Assembly: GCF_038025025.1 (NCBI RefSeq)
Contig: NW_027117347.1
Location: forward strand, 682,001-746,000
Reading direction: 5' to 3'
Length of the DNA: 64,000 nucleotides
From: Phyllosticta citribraziliensis
Lineage: Eukaryota
In this document: positions 48,019-59,890 of the stretch, in pieces
Position numbering within the stretch: the first letter of the stretch is position 1
Layout: every line of letters begins with the position of its first letter
Translations under genes and position numbers: made by a program
The notes under the pieces: generated by a model
Databases searched by the model: none
The model's input: the letters and a program-made list of their open reading frames with translations, nothing else
What the model was told of the DNA's origin: nothing

Positions 48019-51000
48019 ATGGCGGCTTTTGCCCAAGCTACTCCGACGCCCGCCGCGGTTCCCACGCGCACACGAGCACCCTCGCATACCAAACTTCTGC
48101 CCGACGGCCCTTGCAACCATCGCAACACTGACCTCGGCCCCAATGCCCCCGTCTGCGGCTGCCAGCGCTTCTGGTGCAATGACAATACCACCGTTGGAGG
48201 ACGACCTGTAGAGATTCCGTGGTGCGTCTGCGGCCACCATGCGTGCTTCCACGCTGCTGGCGACCCGCCTCCGGCCTCGACCAGCGTCCACCTCGAGAAC
48301 CCCGCGCCATCGCAGACGACGAGCTTTGCTGGGAAATTGGCCATGGACGATGCGGGCGCACAAGATCATGGTCGTTATAGACCTGTAGAAGGCTCGCAGC
48401 CAGACCCGGTTTGGAATGTGTCCAAGGCGGGCTGGCGGAATCCCGCGACGCCTATAAGAAGAACATCATCAGGCAGTGACCCCGTTAGGAACGCGCCACA
48501 ACCGCCAGTCTGGGCGACGGACCACCAGGTGGGCTCGTTTGGAGCCAATCCGTCTCCTCTCCCGAGCATTCCCTCCATCTGCCGCCTCGGGTCGAGCGAT
48601 CTCCGCCTCTTCAATAATCCAAACAATTCCATGAGCACCGAGGTTGTGCCCTCCCCTGTCCTTCCTGGGATGGGCACGTCGATGCATTCCACGACCGAGG
48701 AACTGAACCGGGTTCTTACAACACCGACTTTCGCTGGCGGAGGTTTTCACAGGACCCTGGAACCGCACAAATGGCGCGAAGCTTCCTTGGACCCAACGAT
48801 CCAAGATTCGACGGATGGCGAGAGCACGCGACATAGACCCAGCCCTAGTAGGACCTTTATGACCCAAGTCCTCGCTTCGCGGACGGCTCGAAATTCCAGA
48901 GCTCCTCGTCCAGTGCCACAAGCTCTCGATGTTGCGCAGAGTGCCACTGAACTTGCAACAAGCCCGGAGAATACGCCTGACTTGAGGTCATTCGATCACA
49001 ATGTGCAAGAGACTAGGGATTTGTTGAGCAATCTTTGCGACAGCCTTGCCGATGTAGAAAATGTGGACGACCGCGCTGACGTGAAGAGAGAACCTCGTAA
49101 TAGTCCTGAACGGGAAGACGCCCACGCGAGCCAAGACGGCCGTGCCGAGTCCCTTACCACGTCGTTGCGCAACATACCACTGATCCTGCAAAGACTGGCA
49201 CCGCATCTCAATCACTTGCACCAGCATTTGACTTCTTATCCAAACGTCTCGACAGACATACGGGACATACAGAGTCGCGTCCTCTCTCTAGAAAATGCAT
49301 CTTTCCAACATATACCACCAGAGGAGATTATGGAAAAGTTTGACAATCTCGATGTCCGCGTACTTGAGCTGGAGCAACGGCTGAAAGACTATTTGGCGGA
49401 GTGTGATTTTGATGGAAGCAGCAAAGACACGCTTGTCGACAGCGACGCGTCTGGCCATGACCCCAAGGATACGATCCACCGTCTCGAGGCGCTCGAGTAC
49501 AGGATGGAAAGCTTGGAGGCTACCTTGCCCTCACCCTCGAACCCTTGGGAGATTGAAGTCGTGTTGCTGCCTTGGGGCAAGGACTTGAAGGGCCTTTGGT
49601 TCTCCGCTTCCGAGTGGGAATCAGGCATCACCACCGGCTCGCAGTCGTCAGAGGAAAGGGCGCAGTCCGTCAGCAGCTTGTCGTCAATGAAAGCTCAGCC
49701 ACTGCTCATGAGCGCCCAGCACTTCGAAAAAGAAGCCATTGATCGCATTTCCAACACCTCCCACGAATCTGCATCTCTGGAGGAGTGGTACCCCCGAGCA
49801 TGCGGCCGCAGCGGTGTCGCCTACAAGCGCCTGGAGAGTCGTGGTTTCGTGCGCAGGGTGCAGATCAAAGATTCTAGTGCAGGACATATTCAGACGAGAA
49901 TCTGTGAAGAGTTTGACTCTTTGATAGATCTCGTCAACACGTCGCGTCGCCCTCTGGAGGAGGAAGAGAGCCAAATGTCAAGGGAAGAGGAGGACTACAT
50001 TGATCTGCACGGGCTGCGCGCATCCGTCCTGCCTTTGAGGAAGAAGAGAAAGGACTCTCAACTCCTGCTTCTGGGGGCTTCGGAACTGGTCACGGCCTCA
50101 CTGTGGACCGCGCAATTCCTCGCGTCGGGCGTCATGATGCGGGCCAGGGGAGGAGTCAAGCGGCTCTACATGACCCATGGCGCCGCGTACAAGCAACTGG
50201 AAATGGGCGAAGAGGATGGATGGACATGGGAAAACATCAAAGAGCTCCCGCGCTTTTCTCCAAACTCCAACGTCTACGACGAAGGCGGCGCCCATGATGA
50301 GCCTTGCTGGGACCACAACCCCAACTTTGATCCGCCGCGCGAGACGACAACTTCCTTCGTTTCAAAACTCAGCCTCCGCACCGGCCGCAACCCCTCGCAA
50401 GAGTCGAGCTCCCCAGGCTTCGACAGCCAAGGGAACGAGTCTTCTGGCTCTCAGGCAACTGCAACCACAAACAATTCAAAAGCGCCCATGACCCCTCAAT
50501 CCGAGCTCCCGAGCCATGCACAATCGCTACGCCCGGCTCGCCGTATCGAACGCACCCTCTCGGCGCCCATGCCACATCTCGACAGACAGCACTCGCAACC
50601 GTTCGCCTCAAAACGACGCATGACCGTCTCGTTCAACGGGGACGAAGAAGAAGAGGAGGAGGAGGCCAGCCGCCGCGCGTCGCTCGAAACTGCTAATGCC
50701 CGCAAGCGTCGCCGTTTCCAGCATTCGTCGTCCAACGGCAGTGCAGACACGCACAGAACCTCAGTCGCCCTTATAGGCGCGGGCAATGCCACACGCGGCG
50801 CTTTCGGATTCACGCCACGCCGTAGCCGTGAGCCGTCCAGTCCTCTGCGCAGCCAAGCAATGAGCGCCGGTCCTTCGACGACTTATGCGTACCACGGCGG
50901 CCGCGACCCAAGCATTGCCAGCGGCGTGGGTGTACGGGCAGGCTCCGTCGCCGCCGCCGCTGCTGCTGCTGGCGCAGAACATTGCAAAGGTGCGAACACG

Positions 51001-51873
51001 CCCGGAAACGCCGCCGCTTACATGACGCCGTTCAGCGGCATGGCGGAGGGAGGCGGCGCATACAGCGACGACTTGCCCGAAGGCGGCGACACCGAGGTCG
51101 ACAGCAGCGGCGACGACGAAGACGACGAAATGACAGACGCCGCGGGCGACAGAGCCGCCGACGAGACGGCTGCGGGTGCGGATGCGGACGCCGAGATGAA
51201 GGAGAATCGACCGTTGATGACGGCGGCAGCGGCCTTGCAGGACGGCGGCGGCGACACTGACTTTGAGGGATGCTCTGGAGTCGAGGGCGACGATGATGAC
51301 GACGATGACGATGTCGACGACAGCGCTTTCGACTCGGACGAGGAGATGGACCTGGTGCAGCACTTTGACAGCGACGGGATGGAGTACGGGCGGCGAGAAG
51401 GCGAAGAAGAGTACTTGCGACGGAGCAGAGGCCTCGAGCATCGCGGGCGAGTCCATCAGCCTGTCGTCGATTACACCGACGAAGAGGCTGTGATTGAACA
51501 TCCGGACGACGAAGATGACGACGATGACGACAGCAGCAGTAGCAGCGGCAGCAGCAGTTACAGCAGCAGCAGCCTCGTCGATAGGGTTGGTGGCGGCAAC
51601 AGCGTCGCCGCTGATCCGCGAGCGCGGTCATCGGGCGAGGAGGTGCAGCGTGAGCAGCGCAGCCATCATAGTCACAGCCACGGCAAGAGCAGCAGCAGCA
51701 GCAGCGACGACGACGAGGTCGATCTGGACGACGATCGCACGAAGCATCTGTACGTTGGCCTCTGGCGCCCGCTTTCTTTGATCTTTCTTCCCTCGGCCCC
51801 CCCCCCCCCCCCCCCCCTGAATGACAGCGAGGCAAGATGATGGAAGCTGACTTGTCATCGCGTCTGCAGGTGA
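48019..51873 (+). CDS. Large hypothetical protein (~1245 aa) with an N-terminal Cys/His cluster, coiled-coil and acidic/Ser-rich tail; probable terminal intron 51750-51869
   Basis: 3.7-kb ORF containing CGCQRFW...WCVCGHHACFH and PWEIEVVLLPWGKDLKGLWF. A GTACGT...CTGAC...CAG intron is followed by G-TGA. Confidence 0.82.
51797..51817. repeat. C21 homopolymer inside the predicted terminal intron
   Basis: Directly visible in the sequence. Confidence 0.85.
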
Positions 51874-52298
51874 ATCAGTCGATTGTCGTTTGGCCCCGGG
51901 CGCTCCTCCACCTCCGCAAGCCGCAATCCGACATCGAAGGCCTGGCCGGGCCTGCCGCTCTGCACTGGATTCTGCTGGCTGACTGACTGACCGTAATCGA
52001 ATGTGCGTATCCTGTAAATGCATCATGTGAGATATCGGACCAAGGAGGGCACCTCAAGGTAAGGTAAGTAAGGTAGAGACCAACGGCGTCCAGTCCAACA
52101 CACGAGAGGAGCAGGTGGGGGGAACAAACGGAGTTTTGGACTGGTGCAGCAGGGGTTTGGATTGATTGTTTGAAATGAAGCGGGGTTGATTTGGATTGAA
52201 TTGATGAAGTTGGGATGGGATGCGCATAGACGGACTTTACAGACAGCGCTGCTCTTGTACTATATATGCAATCTACCAAGCTCTTACATGCCATATCT

Positions 52299-52354
52299 AG
52301 GTAGGTAGGCAGGTAGGCAGGTAGGTAGGTGCCTATCTATCTACCTGTACCTAC
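52299..52354. repeat. (GGTA/GGCA)n array followed by complementary (CTAT/CTAC)n units between convergent genes
   Basis: aggtaggtaggcaggtaggcaggtaggtaggt-g-cctatctatctacctgtacctac. Confidence 0.7.
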
Positions 52355-52869
52355 TTTTTCATGCCACCATACTGCGCACTCAATCAACCTACTCACTCAC
52401 TCTCGTCCTACTTATCCCCTGTCCGCTAGGGAGCAAAGAACAGAGACCAAAACAAAGGAAGGCCTGCGTGCGTGATATGTGTATGTTGGTATGTATAAAT
52501 ATGTCTACGGGTATCTTGCTGTTATCGTCGTGTCCTCTCCCTCCTTCTCTTCATCCTCCTGTCGTACGTACTTGGCTGTGTGTGTAGCTGCTTGGGTATA
52601 TGCTCTGGTAGCCTCTGTTCGCATGGTATTTCCGATTCTCTTGCTCTTGCTCTTGCTCTGACCCTTTCTCTTTCTTTCTCTTTCTTTCTCTGAATGGCAA
52701 TCAGCAAGCCAGTCAGCCACTCCTCCTGCGCTTATATCTTCTCTCGCCCTCCCGTTCTTCCTCTTCACCTCTTTCTCACGCCCATTCTGAAGCAAACTTT
52801 CCCATCGAAAAAGCAAAATTGAAAAGAAAAAAAAATTGCAATGCCATACTCATCCTTGATCGCATCCTT

Positions 52870-55800
52870 CTACCAGCCACCATCAGTCTGCATTGAGCGG
52901 CTCCTCTTTCTCTCATCGTCCTCCTCCTGCAGTCCATCAATATCATCAATACCCGGCACACTGAGCCTTGCTGATGAAGACGTCCTCGGCCGTGGCCGTC
53001 TTGATGACGGCGATGGCGGAGGTGACCTGGACCGATCGACATCACTTCCGCTCTCGGCGCCGCTGTCCTCCTCGACGACCATGATGTTCCGAAGCGCCGA
53101 GAGGGTTGGCGACGTCGCGGCGCGAGCGATAGGGCCGGCTGGGGAGGGAGGAGGAGTAGCAGGCCAGTACCGAGGACGAGGAAGAGGACGTGGACGTTCA
53201 GCCCCGGCGACGGCATCAGGGGCGTCGTCTTCCTTGTCGTCTTCCATCTCCTCAACCATGCTTTCCGCATCTGGCGCTGCCGCGGCGTTGTCAAGTCTGG
53301 CAGTGTGTCCAAGGCCAACGGCTGGCACCGCGCCGACGACGGCACCTCTCCACGCTGCCTCCTGGACTGGACGCAATCTGCCGCGCCGGCTCATGCTTCT
53401 GCTTCTGCTCCTGCTCCTTCTGCGTCCTCTGACGCTACCCGCACTTGATTGCTCTTCGACCGCAGCAGTTGTGATAGCAGGCGAGGCTACGGCGCCGCCC
53501 AAGACACCCATGCTGGTAATACCTGCACCACGCACCTCGTGCGCCGGACCGGGGCCAAGAAGGGCAGTCAGTGGGCCGAAAGCTGGCGTGAAGGGGTTGG
53601 GTGCTGTGCAAAAGGGTCGGCGGCGCGTCGGGAACGGGAAAGGGTAGCTGTCGTTGTCGTCGCCGTACGCAAGTCCAGATTCCAAGTCAGGGTCTGGAGA
53701 GGGGCAGTCGCTGAGCCTGGACTCGTAAAGGGGTCTGGATCTGCTGTAAGAATTGGTGGGCCGAGAAGGGGAAAGTGAGGTCCGGGTTTGACGACGAGTC
53801 GCGTTGTTGTTTGAGACGGATAGGCTGGGAGCACCCACGGTGCCGTTTGTCGCGTTGGCTCTGGCGGTTATGTTGCCATTTGACAAAGCCGTCGTGTGGC
53901 CAGTGTGAAATCCACTGCTACCATTGCTGTGAGTGCTGTTGCGATTGCTGCTCCCGCCGCTCTGCCGCTGGTCGATATCCAAGTCCGGCATGCCTGTTTT
54001 TGCGCCGCTTGTAGAATCCAGCGGAGGTATGTCGAGAGATAACGGTGCGCCGTTGAGCTCCTTGAGCCAGCGTTGCGTCAGTCGGCGCTTCAAACTGGCC
54101 ATTTGCCCTAGATCTTGGGCCGGATCATAGGCTTCCGCGCGGATTGTGCGGTCAGGGTCGTACCAGAGTTTTACTAGGCGCCACTTGATGCCGTGAAAAA
54201 AGCCTCCGCGTGGGTTGATGTCTTGTCGTGGGCCATTGGGCGACCAAAGGCGTGGATAGAGGTCGGAGAACTCGTGGAAAAGGTGCTCGTAGGCGCCACG
54301 TTGGACGGCCGAGGGACCAGACTTGTCGCCGAAAGACGAGACATTCTTGAAGGCGAACATCAAAAGAAAGACGAACGCGAAGAGCGGGACCAGGCTGACA
54401 AAGTACCATTTGATAGATGGATTGTTCTCAAAGGTATCGACATTCATGCCGAAGAAGCTGACCATGAACGTCCCAGGAAGAAAAATAAACGTGATCCAGC
54501 TTAGTCGCCACATGCTGGCATCCATCCGTAGTCCTTGACGTGCGTCGCGAATTTCGACCGATTTGTACATCATGTCGTTGAGGTTGCCGGTCGGCTTGAT
54601 GAGATCCTCCTGAACAGAATTGGCCAACTTGTCAAAGTCTTCAGGGACCGAAGACAGCCACTCGTCTACGCCTTCGTCTGCGGTAAGCTCCTTCATCATG
54701 ATCCGTGTTTCTTTTGCAATGTCAAGGTGGAGATAAATCAGCTTCTCTACCTTGAGCCATTGGGACGAATTCATCCACAGCTCAGGGGCGCGAGACTCGT
54801 CGGCCGGATTGTCGTAAATCTTGTCCTCCAAGATGCTGACGTGGGTCTCGCAGGCACGCAAGAAGTTTTCCCACGACATGGCCAGGGATTTGAATACATC
54901 CTTGAGCACCAGGTCCATGCACTCGGCTACGAACTGTTGGTCGGTAACGCGCTGCTCCTTCTTCACAAAGAAAGGGAGCCTCCTCCAGCGCGACTCTATC
55001 TCGTTCCTCGCCTGAATCAGCGTATCTTCCGGACTCCTGGACTGCGCTTGCTCGAAAATGATGATGGTGTTGCTATTGTCAAGATCATCCGGTCGAGGGA
55101 AATAGCCCTTGTTGTGTCTCTTTTTTGCCTCTTTCCCTGATTTCACACGCCGCTGGAGACGCATGTACTCTTGGTACTCTTCTTCGTTGTATGGATCGCG
55201 CATGTCTAGCTCGTCGGTGTCGATCGGCGGACCTTCGTGCTTTTGAACGTACACACTAAGCCGTTGCACAAAGACGTCGCAGCCGTATTTCGGATTCTCG
55301 GCGGCATCATACCAGTTGAGCTCCATCATTTTGACACTCTCGTCGTCGGAGCATGTATTGTACTTGTGCGCAGTATAATGCCGCAGGTAATCGAAGCCAA
55401 ACGCGCAGCGGCTGATGCCACGCCAAGGGTCGCGTTGGGGACGAAAGGTTCGGCCGTTCAAGACGGGTTTGCCGGCGCGTTGCTGTGGTTTCTCAAATTT
55501 GGCCCAGCGCCCGAATTCGGAGCCTATGAGATCGTCTTGGTGTTCCATGTTGAACTTGCGGAGCAAAAAGCGCGTGGCCCAGGTTGAGTTTTGCACATGG
55601 ATGACGCGCAAGAGGGACGAGTCGCGCTGTTGCTTGTTGGCGCAATAAGATCTTAGTTCTTCGATCCGATGAAATTCTTGTGCGACGATTTTGCGCTTTC
55701 CAGTGTCCGACTTTTCTGCTAGGTGTCAGTAAAATGTACTGGTGGAGGGACGTCTGCGTACCTGAACCGACATAGTCAGTGAGCAGTACTCGGCCATCTA

Positions 55801-56051
55801 GCCAATCTTTGGGGTTCCAAGCCGTCAGCCATTCAGGACCTGGGCTACGTCTGCGTGAGTGGAGCGAATGGCGATGATGGCGGGGAGGGGAGGGATCCCG
55901 GGCTGGGTTGGTAGGGCTGGCAGGGTGGACTGGGGAAAACGTGGTTAGCTTCGGTCGCAGCCGCGCGGGAATGGAGCATACCGGTGCGACGATTTTGGCT
56001 TGTGTCTTGAACGGAAATGGAGGGACATGGAGCCGAGGCTGGCGGCGTCAT
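52870..56051 (-). CDS. Divergent CorA-like membrane protein with a long disordered C-terminal tail; exons 56051-55982, 55929-55762, 55718-52870
   Basis: MTPPASAP...RRT|VHPASP...DYVGS|AEKSDTG...LRVIHVQN...LEDKIYDNPADES...SMWRLSWITFIFLPGTFMVSFFGMNV...WYF (GMN motif and two TM helices). Confidence 0.85.
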
Positions 56052-56610
56052 GGTGGCGGCAGGCGAGTGGTTAGCTCACCTCAGTCGCAGCAAACGTTGA
56101 AAACCACGACGACAGGCCAATGCAGGATGAGTGGTGAAGAAGAAGAAGAAAGGCGACGAGGAAAAGAGATTTGTACAACCGCAATGCTGCCTACAACCTA
56201 AGCAGCTCAGGTAATATCATGTGCCTTCCCCAGTGAGGCTCGCAGGTGATCAGTGCCGAGGCTGAGCCCCAGCGTGCGGTGAGGTGGTAAAAGTAGGCAT
56301 CGACGGAGTCACTCGGTCAGCTCCTTCCAACCTCGTCAAGCCCGAGCCTCAGCACTTTGGGGGCCGTGACCGTGACCATGACCATGACCAGAACCGCAGC
56401 AAATATGCATCTCGATTGAGCGTCCGTCGCAGGGGGCCAAGGGCCAAGAAGTACCTGCATGTGGACCTTGTAATAATTGAACACTAGGTCCGCGGACCCC
56501 AGACCTTCTTTTGCCCATCCTTCAAGGTGAGATTCCATACCTCGCGCCCATGCCTCCAACGCCAGAATCCTTTCCCAAGTCATGCCTCGCGCCAATCAAA
56601 ACCCCAATGC

Positions 56611-58703
56611 CTAGTCCGTCTTGCCGCCCATGACCTTGGCCGCCTGCACTGCATTCATCTTTTGCGTCCAGCCCGGAGCCGGCTGGAACTTGCGCACCGT
56701 GCGAATCTCGTCGGACGCGTAGCCGGGGATGCGGATGTTGTAGTTGCGCTCGAGCACGCATTGGATGTCGCGAATCTCGAGCTGCGATGACTCGCGCAGC
56801 TTCGCCAGCTTGCAAGCCGACGTGACGACGTTGTCAAGGAAATCGTCGGCAAGCTGCAGCATCGCCTGTGACGTCGTTAGTGAGTGGGCGTTGGCTCAGC
56901 CAAATGACATACCTCTTCAACCTCAGGTCCCAAAGTCTCACCCGTGGGCAGCTCGCCCGCTCCCGTAACCTGCCGGACAAGTTCGTCGAGCTTCTTCTTG
57001 CTGAGCACGCGGCTCTCGTCGCCTTCGAGGTGGAATTGTGGGTGAGCAGACACGACCGGCTGGCCGAGCATGCCTGGAGCGCCGTTGCTGGGTCCTCCCA
57101 TGGTAGGTCTGGCGGGTCCCATGTTGACTGGATGTGGTGGTTGTGGAGGAAGGTTTTTGGGGATTGGCATTTTAGGGTTGGTCATTTGCTCGCTGCCGGC
57201 GCGATTGCCCATGGGGTAGCTCTGGTTATTTGGCTGCTGTATTTGCGGCGTAACACGTGCCTCGGAGTGAGTCCGTGCTGCAGCGCCCATGGCCTGCCCA
57301 TGCGTCAACGGCATGGGACCGCCCGCACTCTGTGGATGAGGCGAACCTTGGTGCATCTGGTTCATTTGGGACGCTTGCTGCGGATTCAGTGGTGGTCGCT
57401 GTGGGTTCATGCTCTGCTGTTGCTGCTGCTGTTGCTGCTGAGGCTGCTGCGGAATCTGGCCGGGTACCTGCTGTCCTGGCGTCATGTTTCCCCCTTGAGC
57501 AAATGTAGGCTGCGTCTGGCCCTGTTGTTGCGGCCCCGAGGTCGCAGGACTCATTGATGGGCGGTTGGCATTCATCTGCTGCTGCCGCGCAGCTTCCATT
57601 GCCGCGTTATTTGCCATCTGAGGGCCGGGTCCTTGCATGGTTTGATGCTGTTGCGCCTGTTGCTGTGCCTGATTGGCTTGTCCAGGTGCTTGCGTTTGCT
57701 GGGCCTGGGGATGAGGCGGTTGTGCATGTTGCTGCTGGCTTGGCTGCGTATTCGGTTCGGGCTTTACCTGTGGAACCGGTGTCTGCTGCGGTGGGGGTGG
57801 TTGTTGTTGCGGTGTTTGCCTTTGCGGACCTGGCTGGTTTGGCTGATTCTGCGCTCCCTGATGTGCCTGGCCTCCTTGAGGAACTTGTTGCTGCGGTGAT
57901 CCTTGTTGCTGCGCCATGTTCCTCCAGTTGTTTTGCTGGTTTCTAAACTCCTGAACGTTCCTTTCCAGAGTTTGGTACTGTGCTTGCAACTGATTCTTCT
58001 GAGCCTCAAAGTTGGCCGGGAGATCTTGCCTGTTCGGGTTTTCGCTGATCTGTTGCATCCTCTTGATTGAAGAGGCAACCTGCTCCTGCCTAGCGAGCAT
58101 CTGCAGATAGGTCTGCCGCAACTCCTTTATTTTGTTGTCGGCTTCTGGGGTTCCGTGCGGCATTCCTGAGGGCAGTTGGATCGGAAAACTTTGAACATGT
58201 TGCAGGATCTTAGGTGGAATCTGGGGGCGCGCGCCTTGTGGTTGATTTGGTTGCGGCGCTGGATGTCCTTGGGCCTGTTGGGGAGCCTGTTGCGGTGCTT
58301 GTTGCTGCGGCGGCGGCGGCGGCTGCTGCGATGGCTGCTGCTGTGGGGGCTGTTGGTTCGGCTGTTGAGGTGGTTGTCCCTGTGGCTGTCCGCCTTGACT
58401 CGGGGGACGATCGCCCTGTTGTTGAGCAGCTCCGGGTTGGTTTTTGGCCTTCCACTCATTAACCTCCTTTCCCATTCGTTTCGTAAATTCAAACAGCTTC
58501 GTCACCGCCGCTTTGTAGTCGGTGCTGTCCTTGTCGGACCGGCTTATCGTGTCGTACAGATTGGCAACGCCTCGAGTGTAGGTTGCTTTCTGGGCATCGG
58601 ATAGATGAGGCAGCGTCTGGATCTGGTTGACGCGAATGCCAGGAGGCAAAGGACGGTTCTGGGTCGGTCCCGAGGGTCCTTGCTGGGGGACGTTGCCGCT
58701 CAT
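56611..58703 (-). CDS. TAF12: TFIID/SAGA subunit Taf12 (Gln-rich N-terminus, C-terminal histone fold); intron 56866-56912
   Basis: [15 protein letters not shown]...[31 protein letters not shown]...[17 protein letters not shown]. Confidence 0.95.
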
Positions 58704-59414
58704 GATGAGACAGGGCGTGATCGGATGGGTGGAGTATGGACGACTGGTGCCAGCGCGACGAGTCTCAGGCTTCACGCGACAGCCGTGACGGGGCTAGGGA
58801 CGTGGAAAGATCGGCTAGGGAACGTGCGTGCAAGGACGCGAGATGAAGGTTCCTTTGCAATGGGTGTCGAGGGTAAGGATGCGACCCGAAGGCGTGTGGG
58901 TGAGAGGAGGAATGGCTGGAGGTTGATTGAAACTTTTGGATAGGCTTCGCGGTCCGCCGCTGGGCGTGGGGGAGTTAGGTTGGCTGGCCCTAGCTTCTAC
59001 CTCAGCCGCCCCACGCCGTCGCCGCAACTCGGGCATCCAGGGCGCTCGTCTCAACTCGAACATCGCAGATGTCGTCAGGTAACGTCGAAAGAGCAGTCTT
59101 TGAAAGTGATACGACTGTTACAAAGTGCTGTCAGCTCTACTGATTCTCAAAGCACAAAATCGACTTGATTCGCGGTCAACGCACCTTTTCCTCGGATCAT
59201 AATGCTTGCTTCTGCCACTCCCACAGCACTGGTCATTTTCAAGTCTCTGTCGAGGAAATTTGACCTACGCTGGCATGTGCCAACTCACGTTCAATCATGC
59301 GCTGTCTGTGAGTCCAGTCATTGAAGTCCAACCTTAGGGTTCATGAAGATGCTGCCTTAGCCGAACCTCGAAAATGCATGCCAGGCGCCTGTTGAGCGAA
59401 AGCTGCGACAGAGT

Positions 59415-59568
59415 ATTCGCTTCAGTCCATGTAAATTGCGAACCTTTTGCTGGCAGTGAATGATTGCGGGTACGTTCTATCACGTCCGCTAAATAGCCTA
59501 CATTCGCTTCAGTCCATGCGAATTTGGCGCGCCGAATGATTCAAGTACTTTGCGCGAAATGAAGCGAA
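59415..59568. repeat. 17-bp direct repeat ATTCGCTTCAGTCCATG (59415-59431, 59502-59518) plus an inverted core TGAAGCGAA (59560-59568)
   Basis: Exact 17-mer copies 87 bp apart, each followed by AATT...GAATGATT...GTAC. Confidence 0.85.
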
Positions 59569-59890
59569 AACGCCGCGCCTGCTCTTCAGTACACTTTTCA
59601 CGGCGTTACAATATTCAGCTTCAACTCACTTTTCTCAGGAGCACAATGTCACTTCATGGACTTGTCTCTTGTGAAATTCTGTAGTGAACTCAACATGACT
59701 ATAAATCTTCCGTGGATAATTTTCTCCCCCCTTCAACTTCAACACTTCAAGCCTTCAAGATCACCATTCGCCCTTCAAGCTCTTCTTCTACGTTCAGAAA
59801 ACGCATCCAAATCTCTCACACTGCCGACCGAAATCCGGGTTCAATTCAAACGCATCCAACACCTTCACCTCCAATTCGCAATCAGAAAGG

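Noticed and set aside
59415..59518. Direct repeats as a CRISPR-like array
   Set aside because: Eukaryotic context, only two exact copies, the flanking sequences are similar rather than unique spacers, and no cas genes are present.
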